Origin: Yuukianura sp. NJ FZ-2021
Taxonomy: Eukaryota
Assembly (NCBI GenBank): GCA_046563655.1
Contig: CM102288.1
Location: forward strand, 3,472,001-3,536,000
Length of the DNA stretch: 64,000 nt
Reading direction: 5' to 3'
The notes below the pieces were generated by a model. That model was not told the DNA's origin. It did no database searches and saw nothing but the letters and a program-made list of their open reading frames with translations. The position numbers and the translations under genes are program-made. This document shows, piece by piece, positions 23,704 through 35,100 of this stretch; position 1 is the stretch's first letter; each line of letters begins with the position of its first letter.

Positions 23704-26488
23704 AAAAACGAAAGTTGCAAGTCGCAACTTGTTGCTGATTGCGTAACTCGTGTTCTAAGTGTTTACTCAAGACCAAAATCGTGCCAGGTGAAGGTTTGAC
23801 CAATTTTGAAGTAATGAGCAAACATCAAGTCTACTTTTCCAGATGCTTTCTCCAGCTTACCAATTACTACCCTATCAGTGTCACTTTCACCCAGAAACGG
23901 AAAGCAATCGTGTCCAAAGTGACTCAAACTCAATTTAACTTTGCTTAATTTCCACTTCACTCATCAATCACTTTCCACTTTCACCATCACTCACCTTAAT
24001 CATCTCTCAAGCACAAAACAATTTAGCCTAACTTTCAATAAACTTACATATAACATGACAAAGTTACATAAAAATCAACTTTTCCAAAAAAAATGAACAA
24101 AGTACAAAGTAAGTAAAAATGAGCAAAGTAACTAAAAATAGAATTTAATGAACTTTCCGTTCTAATAGGGTAATGGGCACCTACAATTTAAAAAAGAACT
24201 TCATTCATTCGTGCAAATTCAAAAAGAGAAAGTTTTTTTGTCATTAAAAAGAGGATGTTTTGATTCTTCTGATTTGTGTGTGGTATGAAAGTTTTTTTTT
24301 TCTTTTTTGAAATTCTCTAATCCATTCTGGTGCAAAGAAATTTCCGTAATTCGAGTGAAAGTCGGGGAAAGTGAAATTTGGCTTTCTTTGTGCGTAGAAT
24401 GAATTTTTTGCGATCTCTTCCTTTCTCCTGTCGTGTTTTTCGGTTTTTAGGTTCATCTGTTGTGCTACCCGAGAGTTTTGAAATTGTAAAATGAAACCTG
24501 TTGAATAGAAATGTTTTCTTTGAATGAAACAAACTTTCTCCACTAGCTGCTCTCGTGAAATTTTTTTTTGCGTCAGAAACATCTTGTTCCTCTATTCCGG
24601 ATTTGTCCAGAGACAAAATTCCCATTTCGTTTTCGACAGGCCATTATTGTCCTCTTCACTTTCCTGTTGCTTACTTCCTTAGAAAAGACTTTCACCACGA
24701 CCATTCCAGGAGATCCAAGTCCCAAGGGACTCCACTCTCAAGTCCAAAGACGATTTTCAAGGCAGTGGACAGGGAAGCTAACTAAAGAGTGCAGGATGGT
24801 CCAAAAGTTTTTGTCAGAACACAACTCCAGTCTCATCAGAAAAACATGAGGCAGGAGAAAGTTTTGCTTTCACTTTTGTTTCCTTTTTTTAGAAAAAGGA
24901 AAATGTCAAATCCGGTGGAGCGGAAAACAGGTTTGATTTGAAGCAGAAAATCCGAGTTTGTGTCAAACAGTAAATTGGGAATTACTTACAGCTTTTGAAT
25001 AAAATATTTCAAAAATAAGCCGATTTTTTTTTTCGTAAGGACATCGAAAAAGTTGGTATTTTTAGTCCGGTCAGCTCAAAATCTTTCACCCACGCACTTT
25101 GCATTTCCATTTCTCACAACCAAAAAAATTGTTGACTTTGTGAATATTTCAAAAAGATCTAACCAACGCAAATTGGATTTGAGCTCTCTTTAGTAATAAA
25201 AACCACATAGCGTGTACTTCAAAATGGAGATTCGAGGAATCTTTTTGAAATTGAAGAAAAACATACTTTTGAGAATAAAATCTTGAAGAAAACCGTGTTT
25301 TTAGCTGTAACGTTTTGAAGGATGGTAAAATGTTGTTTTGTGCCTAGAAGCGTTTTTAATCAAGCTCGTTTGTGGAGCAATTTACTTCCGTCTGCTTTGC
25401 TGTCCTAATTACGCTTCAAGATTAAATTCAAGGAAGCCCTTCCAGCTCTAATTGTTCAACCACTTGAGACAAAGTCACAAAAAATCAATATTGTACCTTC
25501 TTCTTAGCATTATTCTGCTTTATGAGTTTTGAAAATTTCAAAATTTAGCGGGATTTCAAAACGAAAGATGAAAGTTTTCCACAGTTTTTGAAACCTGTTG
25601 CTTTCGTTCCAAATCCCGGAGGTTTCATTTTGATTACTCTCCAACCCCATTGTGTTCATGTCAAAAACAAAGTTTCTCGAAACTGCCAATTTCAACAACA
25701 ATGAAAAAGTGAAACTCCAGGACTTTGCAGTTTGAAACCAAAGGCACGCTATTAGATTACGTCAGTCTAACAAACGTTAGAAAAAATTTTGGAAAACGCT
25801 GTACAATGATAACGTAACAAGCAGAGAACGTTCAAAATTTTCCAAAAACAAAGAAAAAGTTCTCCCGAAAAACAAACAAGAAAGTCAACTACAAATCGGA
25901 AATCGTTTTTGCGTGAAAACCGATTTCCGATTTCACGAATCAGGCCAATCAAGAAAAAATTCCCACGACGAAAGAGAAAGTATATTTTTAAAAGTTATGT
26001 TTGTAACAGGTATAATGCCAGAATATGGACTGCTTTTCCTACTGTTGGTTAGTAAATGAATCAAATTTTGAAAAAAACCTAAAGTCAAAATGTTTTAATT
26101 TGATTTTTTTTAGGTTTTTGTACGAGTAGCTGAGTTTTAGTAGCTTGAGGGTGGAGGGTGATTGAGGCGTTTGTGCTGATCCGAAGTGGAAAGGCGAAGG
26201 CTTTTTAGGTTTGGATTTCTCCAGGAGAAAGTCAGTCTTTTGACGCCAGGCGAAAGGGGAAGGCAGGGTGGCTTCAGCATCAGCTCTACTTTTTCAAAAT
26301 CCAATTTTTTTGAAAATCACCTCCACTTTTTCAAATTTTGAACGTTTCCAGTTCTTCTCATTTCGCTCTCCAGTTGCACCAGCCTTCTGCACCCCTTTCG
26401 TTTTCTTCAATTAAAAGTTTCCACCCGGAGAAAGTCAGTTTTCTTCTGAATTTGAAGTGTGACACTTTTCATCTAAAAAGCAGAAGTT

Positions 26489-27317
26489 ATGATGTACAAA
26501 GGTGGCATAAGGAGAGTTCCTTTGATGGTCCTTATGGTTTTCCTGGCGTGGCCTGAGGGGACCTGGAAGGTTGAAGGCATTAGCTTGGGCAGCGGAAGTG
26601 GACGCGGGGAAATTCAAATTCAGGAACAAGAGCTGAATCCTTCTCCGTTCAAAGCGTTTTTGCAACAACAGGAAGTGAAGGAACGGCAAGAATCGGAAAA
26701 TCGGTTGAATGGTCAGCTTCAGCCAAGATTCTCTGCCTCTTCGCCTGAATGGGAAACTGTTTTGGATCCCAAGTTGTATATCATTACAGAGTATGAAGAC
26801 AGCTTAATAGCCAATCACAGTCCTAAACCCAATGAGGTCAGAACAATTTGTGTTTAAAAAAAATTTTGTGTGTATTTTTTATTATAAAAACCGAATTTAT
26901 TAACACATTTTGTTTAGTAAGATTTTGTTGTTGAGAAACAAATACGGATAGAATTTTTATTTTGAAAAAGTGTGCAGTTAAATTTGAAGTTGAGCTTAGC
27001 AAAATTGAGATTTTTGGTTTGAGACAACATTTTAAAATTCAAAATTTCTTAATTTGTGGCCACCTTTTTGAAACGCCTTACGTTTTTTGATTTTTACTAA
27101 ACAGGTTATGTCAGAATCTGACAGTTCTGGCGAAGAGTCACCTTTCTCCAGACTTCGACGAAACAATGGAGCTAACAACGGGCACTCTCTGTCAATAGTG
27201 AACCCACTGGACGTTCTACGGCAGCGACTACTCCTCGAAATTGCACGCAGACGAAACCTTAAGCAAAATCAACATCAAATCATCGCCAATGCTGAAATTC
27301 TCAAGAACATTGGATAG
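26489..27317 (+). CDS. Dh44: CRF-like diuretic hormone (DH44-type) prepropeptide; coding exons 26489-26836 and 27105-27317
   Basis: Signal-like N-terminus, phase-0 intron, dibasic RR site, then the CRF/DH signature [23 protein letters not shown]...NAEILKNI-G. Confidence 0.93.
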
Positions 27318-27498
27318 TAGGCTTAAGGCAAAGGAAAGAGCAGCACACTTTTATAGCATTTCAAAAAAGACAGTTTTTTTTTTTTCAAATTTTGGTTCTG
27401 AGTTTATTAGTTATTTACATCTCTCTTTCAATAAGCCCTCCTAACCACATCTTTCACTTTCACCGTCGCAGTGGTTGGCGTTGACGTCAAATCGTGCG

Positions 27499-27635
27499 CG
27501 ACGCGGCGTTTCTCAAGCTTTCATTTCCTTTCACGGTGTTTCAGAGACTCTCCGCGGTTTTCGCGGTGTTTCTCAAGCTTTTCTTTGTTTTCACGGTGAT
27601 TCTCTAGTTGTCATCAGTTTTCACGGTGTTTCTGT
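27499..27635. repeat. Degenerate ~30-bp tandem repeat (core TTTCACGGTGTTTC / CGCGGTGTTTCTCAAGCTTT) 3' of the Dh44 stop
   Basis: The repeated cores are visible about five times. Confidence 0.7.
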
Positions 27636-30600
27636 TGTTCCAGAAGCTCTCGTGCCCTGGGTAATTTAGAATGCAAGACTTTTGTTTCCTTGTATAATTT
27701 ATTTGCTTTCTCCTTACTGTCTTTGCTTTCTGTCCATTGTTAAGGATGTGAGGAATGCCAAGTAGGTTAGTGTGGAGGAAGATGTTATGCTAGACATTAG
27801 ATTTCCTCATGATCATGGTACTTACTCTGTAAAACTTCAAAAGTCTATGGCAATCCTATCAATAAATTATATTTCATAACAACCACGCACCAGGAGTTGA
27901 AACTTTCACAGAATTTTTTTTCTCTTTTTTCCAATTTCCAAATGTGTATTTTTAATTCTGTGTTTTTCTTCACGCTTGTAATTCTAGCTGTTTATTCAAA
28001 GTGAAAAGAATGGGACCGTCATTTGGGCATTGTAAAGTGGAGGTAATAAGCAATAAATTTCATTGAAGCAGCACTATACATAGCATGTATAAAAAAATTG
28101 TCTACCCACGCAAATTTATTTTGGAAAAAGTCCACTTTCACTCCTCCACTCTCATGAAGTAATGTGGGAGCTCATTTACTAAGAATTATGATTGAGAAAC
28201 ACTTCAAAACACCAAAAACAGCACAAAAACACAGTTTCTTTTTAAGAAAACGGTAAGTGTGTGGGGCATGAAACTTCCTTTGCGGTCATGCGATCTAGTA
28301 AATGGATTTTTTCGCGTTCATTTTTTTTCCAATTTTTGAATGAACTCATGTCGTACATTTTTTTTTAAAAAAGAGAAAGTTGCAGAAATTTATGATGGAG
28401 GAAAACTTTTGGAATTGAAAACTTGCTTATCCAGGTATACCGGAGAAAAGTTTTCGAGATAACCTTCGAAATTAGAACCAGAAAAAAGTTCAGTTTTTTA
28501 AAAAATAATGTGTTCTAAAAAAGAAAGAAATTGAACAAAAACAAAGTTTGATTTCAGTTTGAGATAACAACGGAGAAAACAGAAGCCATTTCTTCTTGTC
28601 CCAAAATAAATTGAAAAATTCAATTTCCAATCTGTTTCTCTTTTGTAGAAATTTTTCTAAAACAATTTCGGTTACCAGTTAGGTGTTATATTCTGACTTT
28701 TTGAAAAATTGCTCCATTTCATGATTGTTTTGAGATGTATAATTTTTTTGTGAGAAATGAGAGTGAAAATGGGAGCGTGGGTGTAGAGGACTTTCACTCT
28801 GCTCCACGTGTCCCTACGGCCTTTATGCTTTCCATTTCGGCCAATGCCAAAATCGCTTGAGTGAAATACATGTCGAAGTTTGGTGAGAACAAAACTGTGG
28901 AATTGGGCTTATAAGCTGAACATTTCCAACAGAATTCCAGACGTCCAAAATCCTTACCGTAATCACAATCCTCCAATTTCATCTTCTCAACGGATCTACA
29001 GATCCAACGTTTCGTTCAAAAACTGACGTGTGTAAGAATGGGATTAGGTGCTGGCAAACTTTCATTTTCGCCAGCACAATAACAAACGTCCACTTTCTCC
29101 GTTTTCGAAACTCCCACAAAAAAACGGGAACTACGAACAACATGAGGGGAGGAACCAAAGAACCAAAATTTACCGAGAAAAATAACTGAAATTGTTTAGA
29201 TGTTCAGCTGAAGACAAAAAATCATCGTTGTGCTGAAAAAAATCGTTGAGCGGAGGAAGAAAGTTGTCAAAGGCAAAAATTCGGTGTTTCGATAAAGAAA
29301 AGTCAGAGTTTAGTTGGAAAAATGTAATTAGCGTTCAGCGTTGCATCAGAGCACGTAAATTTAGTGTTTAAGGAGCGTTTTAAATGTTTTGGCTCAAATT
29401 ACTTTCAAAACTTTGATCTTTTAGTTTCAACTTTTCTTTGAAATTATCCACCCACTTCAAAATGTACAAGGTGAGTTAAAAACAACGCAATTTCCGGTTC
29501 CAGAAAAAGTTAGATTAGGTTTTTCTTTTTTGACATAAGTGAAAAGTTTTTCAAGGTGTTAGACACTTTCTCCTGTTTGAGTTTAATGTTTTAAAAAAAC
29601 TTTGCGTTACTAGACAAAAACTGAAATTACTCTCGACAATCAAGAAATGAAATTGAAAAGGCAAAACTGAGTTATTCATAAAGCGAGAAAGTTCTTGTTT
29701 GAAATTTCATTGAAAATACTGTATTAGGAAAACGCCGTAGTACTGACGATAAGTGAAAGCGTGTCACACTTGAAAGTGGCACGCGGCATCGTTCGAGCGT
29801 CGAACACAAAGTGTCATTTAGAGAATCTGATTGAAACTGAAATTGAGGCCATGAACTTGTCCGGATTTCGGAAATCCGAAATTCCCGGAAAAACAGGAAT
29901 TTACAAAAACACTTTCTCCTTTGGCGTTTTTGGCGGGTGGGCGTCACGTAACTTCAATCGGTCTAACCAATTCTTTGGAGAGGAGAGCAGAATATCCGTT
30001 CTTGTTTGGAATTGAAATATTTTCAGAGAGGTCAAAGATCATTTGTTAGACTTGGAAAATCCATTTATTCATTTCGAGAAACCTGCTTAAAGTCAAAACT
30101 GTCAAGTTCAATTCAAAAGTTGAAGTCTCACTTTATCTCTATTCTTTTTTTTTACGTTAGGACTACTGGGATTTGAAAACGAAAATAGGATTTTCATAAG
30201 ACAAAAACAAAATTTAAAACATCAAGTTTTAAAAATTTGCTTACGTAAAAGGTGACAACAAAATTGTGATTTAGAACAACGTAGGCGTGCTTTTCATTGC
30301 AAAAATTTCAACTTTGTAAACAAAAACATTCTAAAGTTACTCAAATTTTGACATTTCTTCTTCTCCCTTTTTGTATTTTCTGTTTGGAAAATTATGGAAA
30401 CCGGGTCAGTGGAACAGCAAAATCAAAAAGCTGCTAACACTTGAGTGTTTGGTTGTAGAAAATTAAATTCTAGAAACTTCGAAATTCAATTTCGGTTTTC
30501 AATTTTTGTTTGTTTTCAAAATTGCGCGGTGAAGTGTGAAGATGACAGAAGGAATTTGGGAAACCAGAGTTGATGTGGGTGTTATTAGTGGACTTCCATT

Positions 30601-32136
30601 GCGGTTCCAACAAGAGTGTTTCAAAGCGGTGTTTGGAGGAGAGGAGGCTTGTTCAGAACTTGTTGAGAAGAGAATCCATTCAACCGGAAGTTGTTTGTGA
30701 ATCTCGAAACAATTCTAATGCTTCAGTTATTTGAAATATCTTTCCACTGCGGGTTCGTTTCGTGATAAAATCAACTTAGAAGCAGAAGGAGTGAAAGTAA
30801 CCAAAAACAGGAAATGTTCCTACCACCACTTACAGCAACGCGAGAAAGCAGGAAGGAATCACTTTCACTCACATAAAAACTATGCATAAAGCATGATTTT
30901 ACATAACAACAAATTGGAACTTTTCGCAGTATCTCACTTTATTCGCACTTTCCTGTCAAAAACAGGATCCGGTACTCCACTTTTTGCAAAAAATAAAAAA
31001 AGAAAAAAAGAAAGAGAAAGTTGGCAAAAATTTTTCTTGTTCTCTGTATCTAAGGATATCCATAGAACCACTTTGCTGAAATTCTCAAGAGTGAAGTAAT
31101 TGACACCTACTCAACGAAACAAGACTCAGCATACCCCAAAACATTTTCATAAACATATCAAGACATATTAGGAATAGCATTAACATAATGTAACGGAATG
31201 TAACATGTCATATTTGGCAAATTTTGAACTTTTTTTCATGTTTCAAAGAAAACAAAGTAACAGTTAAAAATACTGCGAAGACACTTCCTGTTCCACAGAA
31301 GAGGATAATACTCTACTCAAACTTTCACTTTCCCAGGAAATTTCAGGTTCAACTTGTTAGTTCCAGTTTGTTAGCGAGAAAAAAGTCGACGTAAGTTACC
31401 ATAAATTGAAAAATTAGGAAACAAAAAACCGATCTGGGGAAAGTACAATTTACTAGCCTAATTTCAGAGAAAACTTGAAATTATGAGAGAAAACAATTCG
31501 TCGTAAAAACAGCGTATTCTGTTAAGTTCAAGTCACAAACACACACGACTGTTTGCACAACAGTCAAAGGGTAATCTAAAAAGTAAAAGTTAATCTAAAA
31601 ACTAAACAGTTGCGAAGGGACATCGGTGGTCGTAAATAGAAGACTCACAAGCGGAACAAATTGTCAAAATAAATAGAAATCATGGACAAACTTACCCAAA
31701 ACAAACTAAAGAGAAACTTTCTTCTTAAAAAACTTCAAAACACAAGCAAGACATGTTACAACAACAAAAGTTTACAGTAGAAAGAAAAAATTTACGGAGA
31801 AAGTACACAAATTTTTATTGTGTAACGAGAAATTTAATATTCAAGAGAAAGGAAACAAAAATCAAGAAAATTAGAAACCCTGAAGCTGCTTTCACCGAAA
31901 AGTGAAAGTTGTTTGATTTTGTTTTACTTTTGTTGTACACGTGAAACCTTAAAATGAAATTTTTGTTCAAAATGAAAAGTTGGATATTTATAAAAAAAAT
32001 GCGAATGTTCCACTTTCACTTTATCAAAAGTGAAAGTGAAATGGCTCCCTTTATTGAATGTGACACAAATTTTGCTGTTTTCTAAAACCTTCTTTTGAAA
32101 CAAAACTTTCTAAAAAGTACTTTTTTCATCAAAATT

Positions 32137-35100
32137 TTATTCAGTGTAGGCTGGATTTTGAAAAGTGGATGTTGCTTCCTTGTAAAGTGGATTTCCTCCC
32201 TGGAAATTCCAATAAAAAATTACATTTAAACCGAATTCAAATTAATTCATGTAATTAGTAATTCAGCGTCTCCTGTAATTAACTATGTAAACTTAATTAC
32301 TGTCGGTAGAGCACTTTAATTGAAAAGTGGTTTTTTGAAACTAATTTCAGCACTCGTAAATTCTTGCAATTTTGGAAATTTCGAAAAGAGGAACACACAA
32401 AACGTGATTGAACTTTGAATTGAGGGGGTTACAAGTGGTTCTATTGTGTTTAAGTTGGTGACAGGGAATGAATGAAGGAGCATGTGAAAGTTGGTCCATG
32501 AAAAAGTGAAGTAATGAAATACTACAATAGTAATTAGTGAAGTAATTAAAAGTTGGTTAACAGAGGGTGATCAAGTTTGACAAGGTAAAAGTAACATTTA
32601 AAAAAAAAAGTATTTTTTAGGAGTGAAAGTTCAAAAAATAAAAAATTTCTTACAATTTCCCACTTCCTTTGGGCACATTCCTTTTCAAACTTGTTGTATT
32701 CGTGTCTGTCAATGAGAGTTGTGATGACTTTCCACAGAATCAGCGTCAGAATGCCAATGAACAGAATGGAAGAAGTGGTTCCAGCGATTATAGGGAGAAA
32801 ATCGACTGGCACTGAAGGCGCTGGACAGTCCAGTGTCTCCTTGATACCAATCTGGATCTCTTCTGAATTCTGGTCATAACGAATTATGTACTCTAGATTA
32901 CATCCATCGTATTCCGGAAAACACTTTTCAGTTGAATCCACCACCAGAGCTGAAACTGCAAAAAAATTAGGATTTTAGTGTTATCTTCTCTAAAGTGAAA
33001 GTCGGACGTGACTTCCATATTTTTGGATTTTGAAAATTTGAGTTTGGGTGAAAGTATGGAGGGGCATTGATGACTCCAAAGATAAATTATTTTTAATTAA
33101 TTTAAAGAAAATTTTTTCTAAATAAACATATTTTATTACAAAAGAAATATTTTTCCAAAAAAAGAAAGTTTTTTTTTCTTAAAAACTAATTTTTTTATTA
33201 AAACAAAATTTTGTGCTGTAAAAAGTTTTATTTTTATATTTTTAAAAATATTTTAATGTCTGAACAAGAAAAAACATTTTTTTATAAAATTAGAATTTTT
33301 TTTTTTAGTGGAGCACATTTTTTTTTAGTTTTGGCCGGAAATTTTTTTTTGTGTACCAATGTGCTGAAAAAAACTTTTTAAAACTAGCACATCACAACGT
33401 CGTGATTTCTGTCTTGGTTGCTGTAAACCAGACGGACGTTTTCTGTGTTCACGCAATCTAAATAATCCACATAGTTTCCTTCCTTGTTTCATGCTGTCAT
33501 TTTAATTGTACTTGTCATTAAGTCATTGTCACGAAACCCAAAAGCGCGAATGCAGTTCCCGCGAATGTAAATAAGTCGAATGTTATGAGTGCGAAAACTG
33601 TAAAATGAGCTTAAGTTAACTTAAATCTCATTAATTAAACTTAACCAACATGAGTGAAAGTTAAAGATAGCTAACCTTTAACCCAGATTCTAAAATTAGA
33701 AGTTAATTAATTAGTTAAGTAAATAAAGTAGAATTCGGTTTTGGGTTAATTTTAAAATCTGGGTTAGACAGGTTTCACTTTCACTCATGTTGGTTAAGTT
33801 TAATTAATAAGATTTAAGTTAAGTTAAGCTCATTCTAAAGTTTTCGCGCTCATAACATTCGACTTATTTACATTCGCGCCTTTGGGTTTCGTGACAATGA
33901 CTTAATGATAAGTACAATTAAAATGACAGCATGAAACAAGGAAGGAAACTATGTGGATTATTTAGATTGCGTGAACACAGAAAACGTCCGTCTGGTTTAC
34001 AGCAACCAAGACAGAAATCACGACGTTGTGATGTGCTAGTTTTAAAAAGTTTTTTTTCAGCACATTGGTACACAAAAAAAATTTTTCGGCCAAAACTAAA
34101 ACAAAATGTGCTCCACTAAAAAAAATTTCTAATTTTATAAAAAAAATGTTTTTTCTTGTTCAGACATTAAAATATTTTTAAAAATATAAAAATAAAACTT
34201 TTTACAGCACAAAATTTTGTTTTAATAAAAAAATTAGTTTTTAAGAAAAAAAACTTTCTTTTTTTGGAAAAATATTTCTTTTTGAATTAAAATATTTTTA
34301 TTTAGAAAAAATTTTCTTTAAATTAATTAAAAATAATTTATCTTTGGAGTCATCAATGCCCCTCCATATGAAAGCATGCCGGCGATTCAGCGTCCCACCC
34401 CCACCCACCACATTAGGGGAAACCAGGCGGAAGGATTCTGATTGGTTAGTCAGGTCACGTTGAAACGTCAATCAAGATGGGATGAGCTTAAAGCCTAAGT
34501 TGAACTTGATCTTTTTGAAGGCTTTGATCTTTTTGGAATCAGAGGTCACGTAGAGATTGTCGCTTTCCGGCGACACGGATGCTTGGCCAAAGCGACATCT
34601 CGGGTTTTTGGTGACATTTCGCTAAAAAACTGAGAGAAAAACAGTTTCAAAATTTTTCTTCTTACCATTTTCGTAATTGGTGACCTGCTCCAGTTGACCC
34701 GCGAACTCAGCACAGTTGAGTTTACCATTGTCAATCGTCTTCTTCAATATTTCTGCCTTGCCAACAAGCCGAACTTGAGTTTTGTTCCCACGCACTCGTT
34801 CCACGGCGCACCGTGCTAAATCATCCAAGCACTTGCAAGTCTACGAAGTTTAAAAGAGAATTTTCAAATTTTAGAATAAAAAAAAGGTTTTCAAAATAAG
34901 ACTTTTTGAGAGAAGACATTATCTCTACACCGTGAAAAACGAATTCAAAAGAAAGTTCTACCACTTTTGATCTTTTTGACATGAAATTCAAATTCTTGAA
35001 AAAGTAGCTTTTCTGAAAAAAGCTCAAGTTCGTTTGTAAAACCCTCTTTACACAGAATTGGAATTGTAAATTCTAAAGTCAATTTGCTTTCCTCAAGGAA

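Noticed and set aside
28000..32000. Short ORFs in the Dh44-integrin interval
   Set aside because: AT-rich, with no consistent splice structure or recognisable motifs; probably intergenic DNA and integrin 3' UTR.
32546..32652. Integrin cytoplasmic tail as given by the ORF track (VRNFLFF...)
   Set aside because: This is read-through into an intron; the true tail with two NPxY motifs is exon 32199-32137.
33931..34119. 62-aa ORF inside the foldback arm as a transposase remnant
   Set aside because: Short, with no transposase motif; it is mirrored in the other arm simply because the element is a palindrome.
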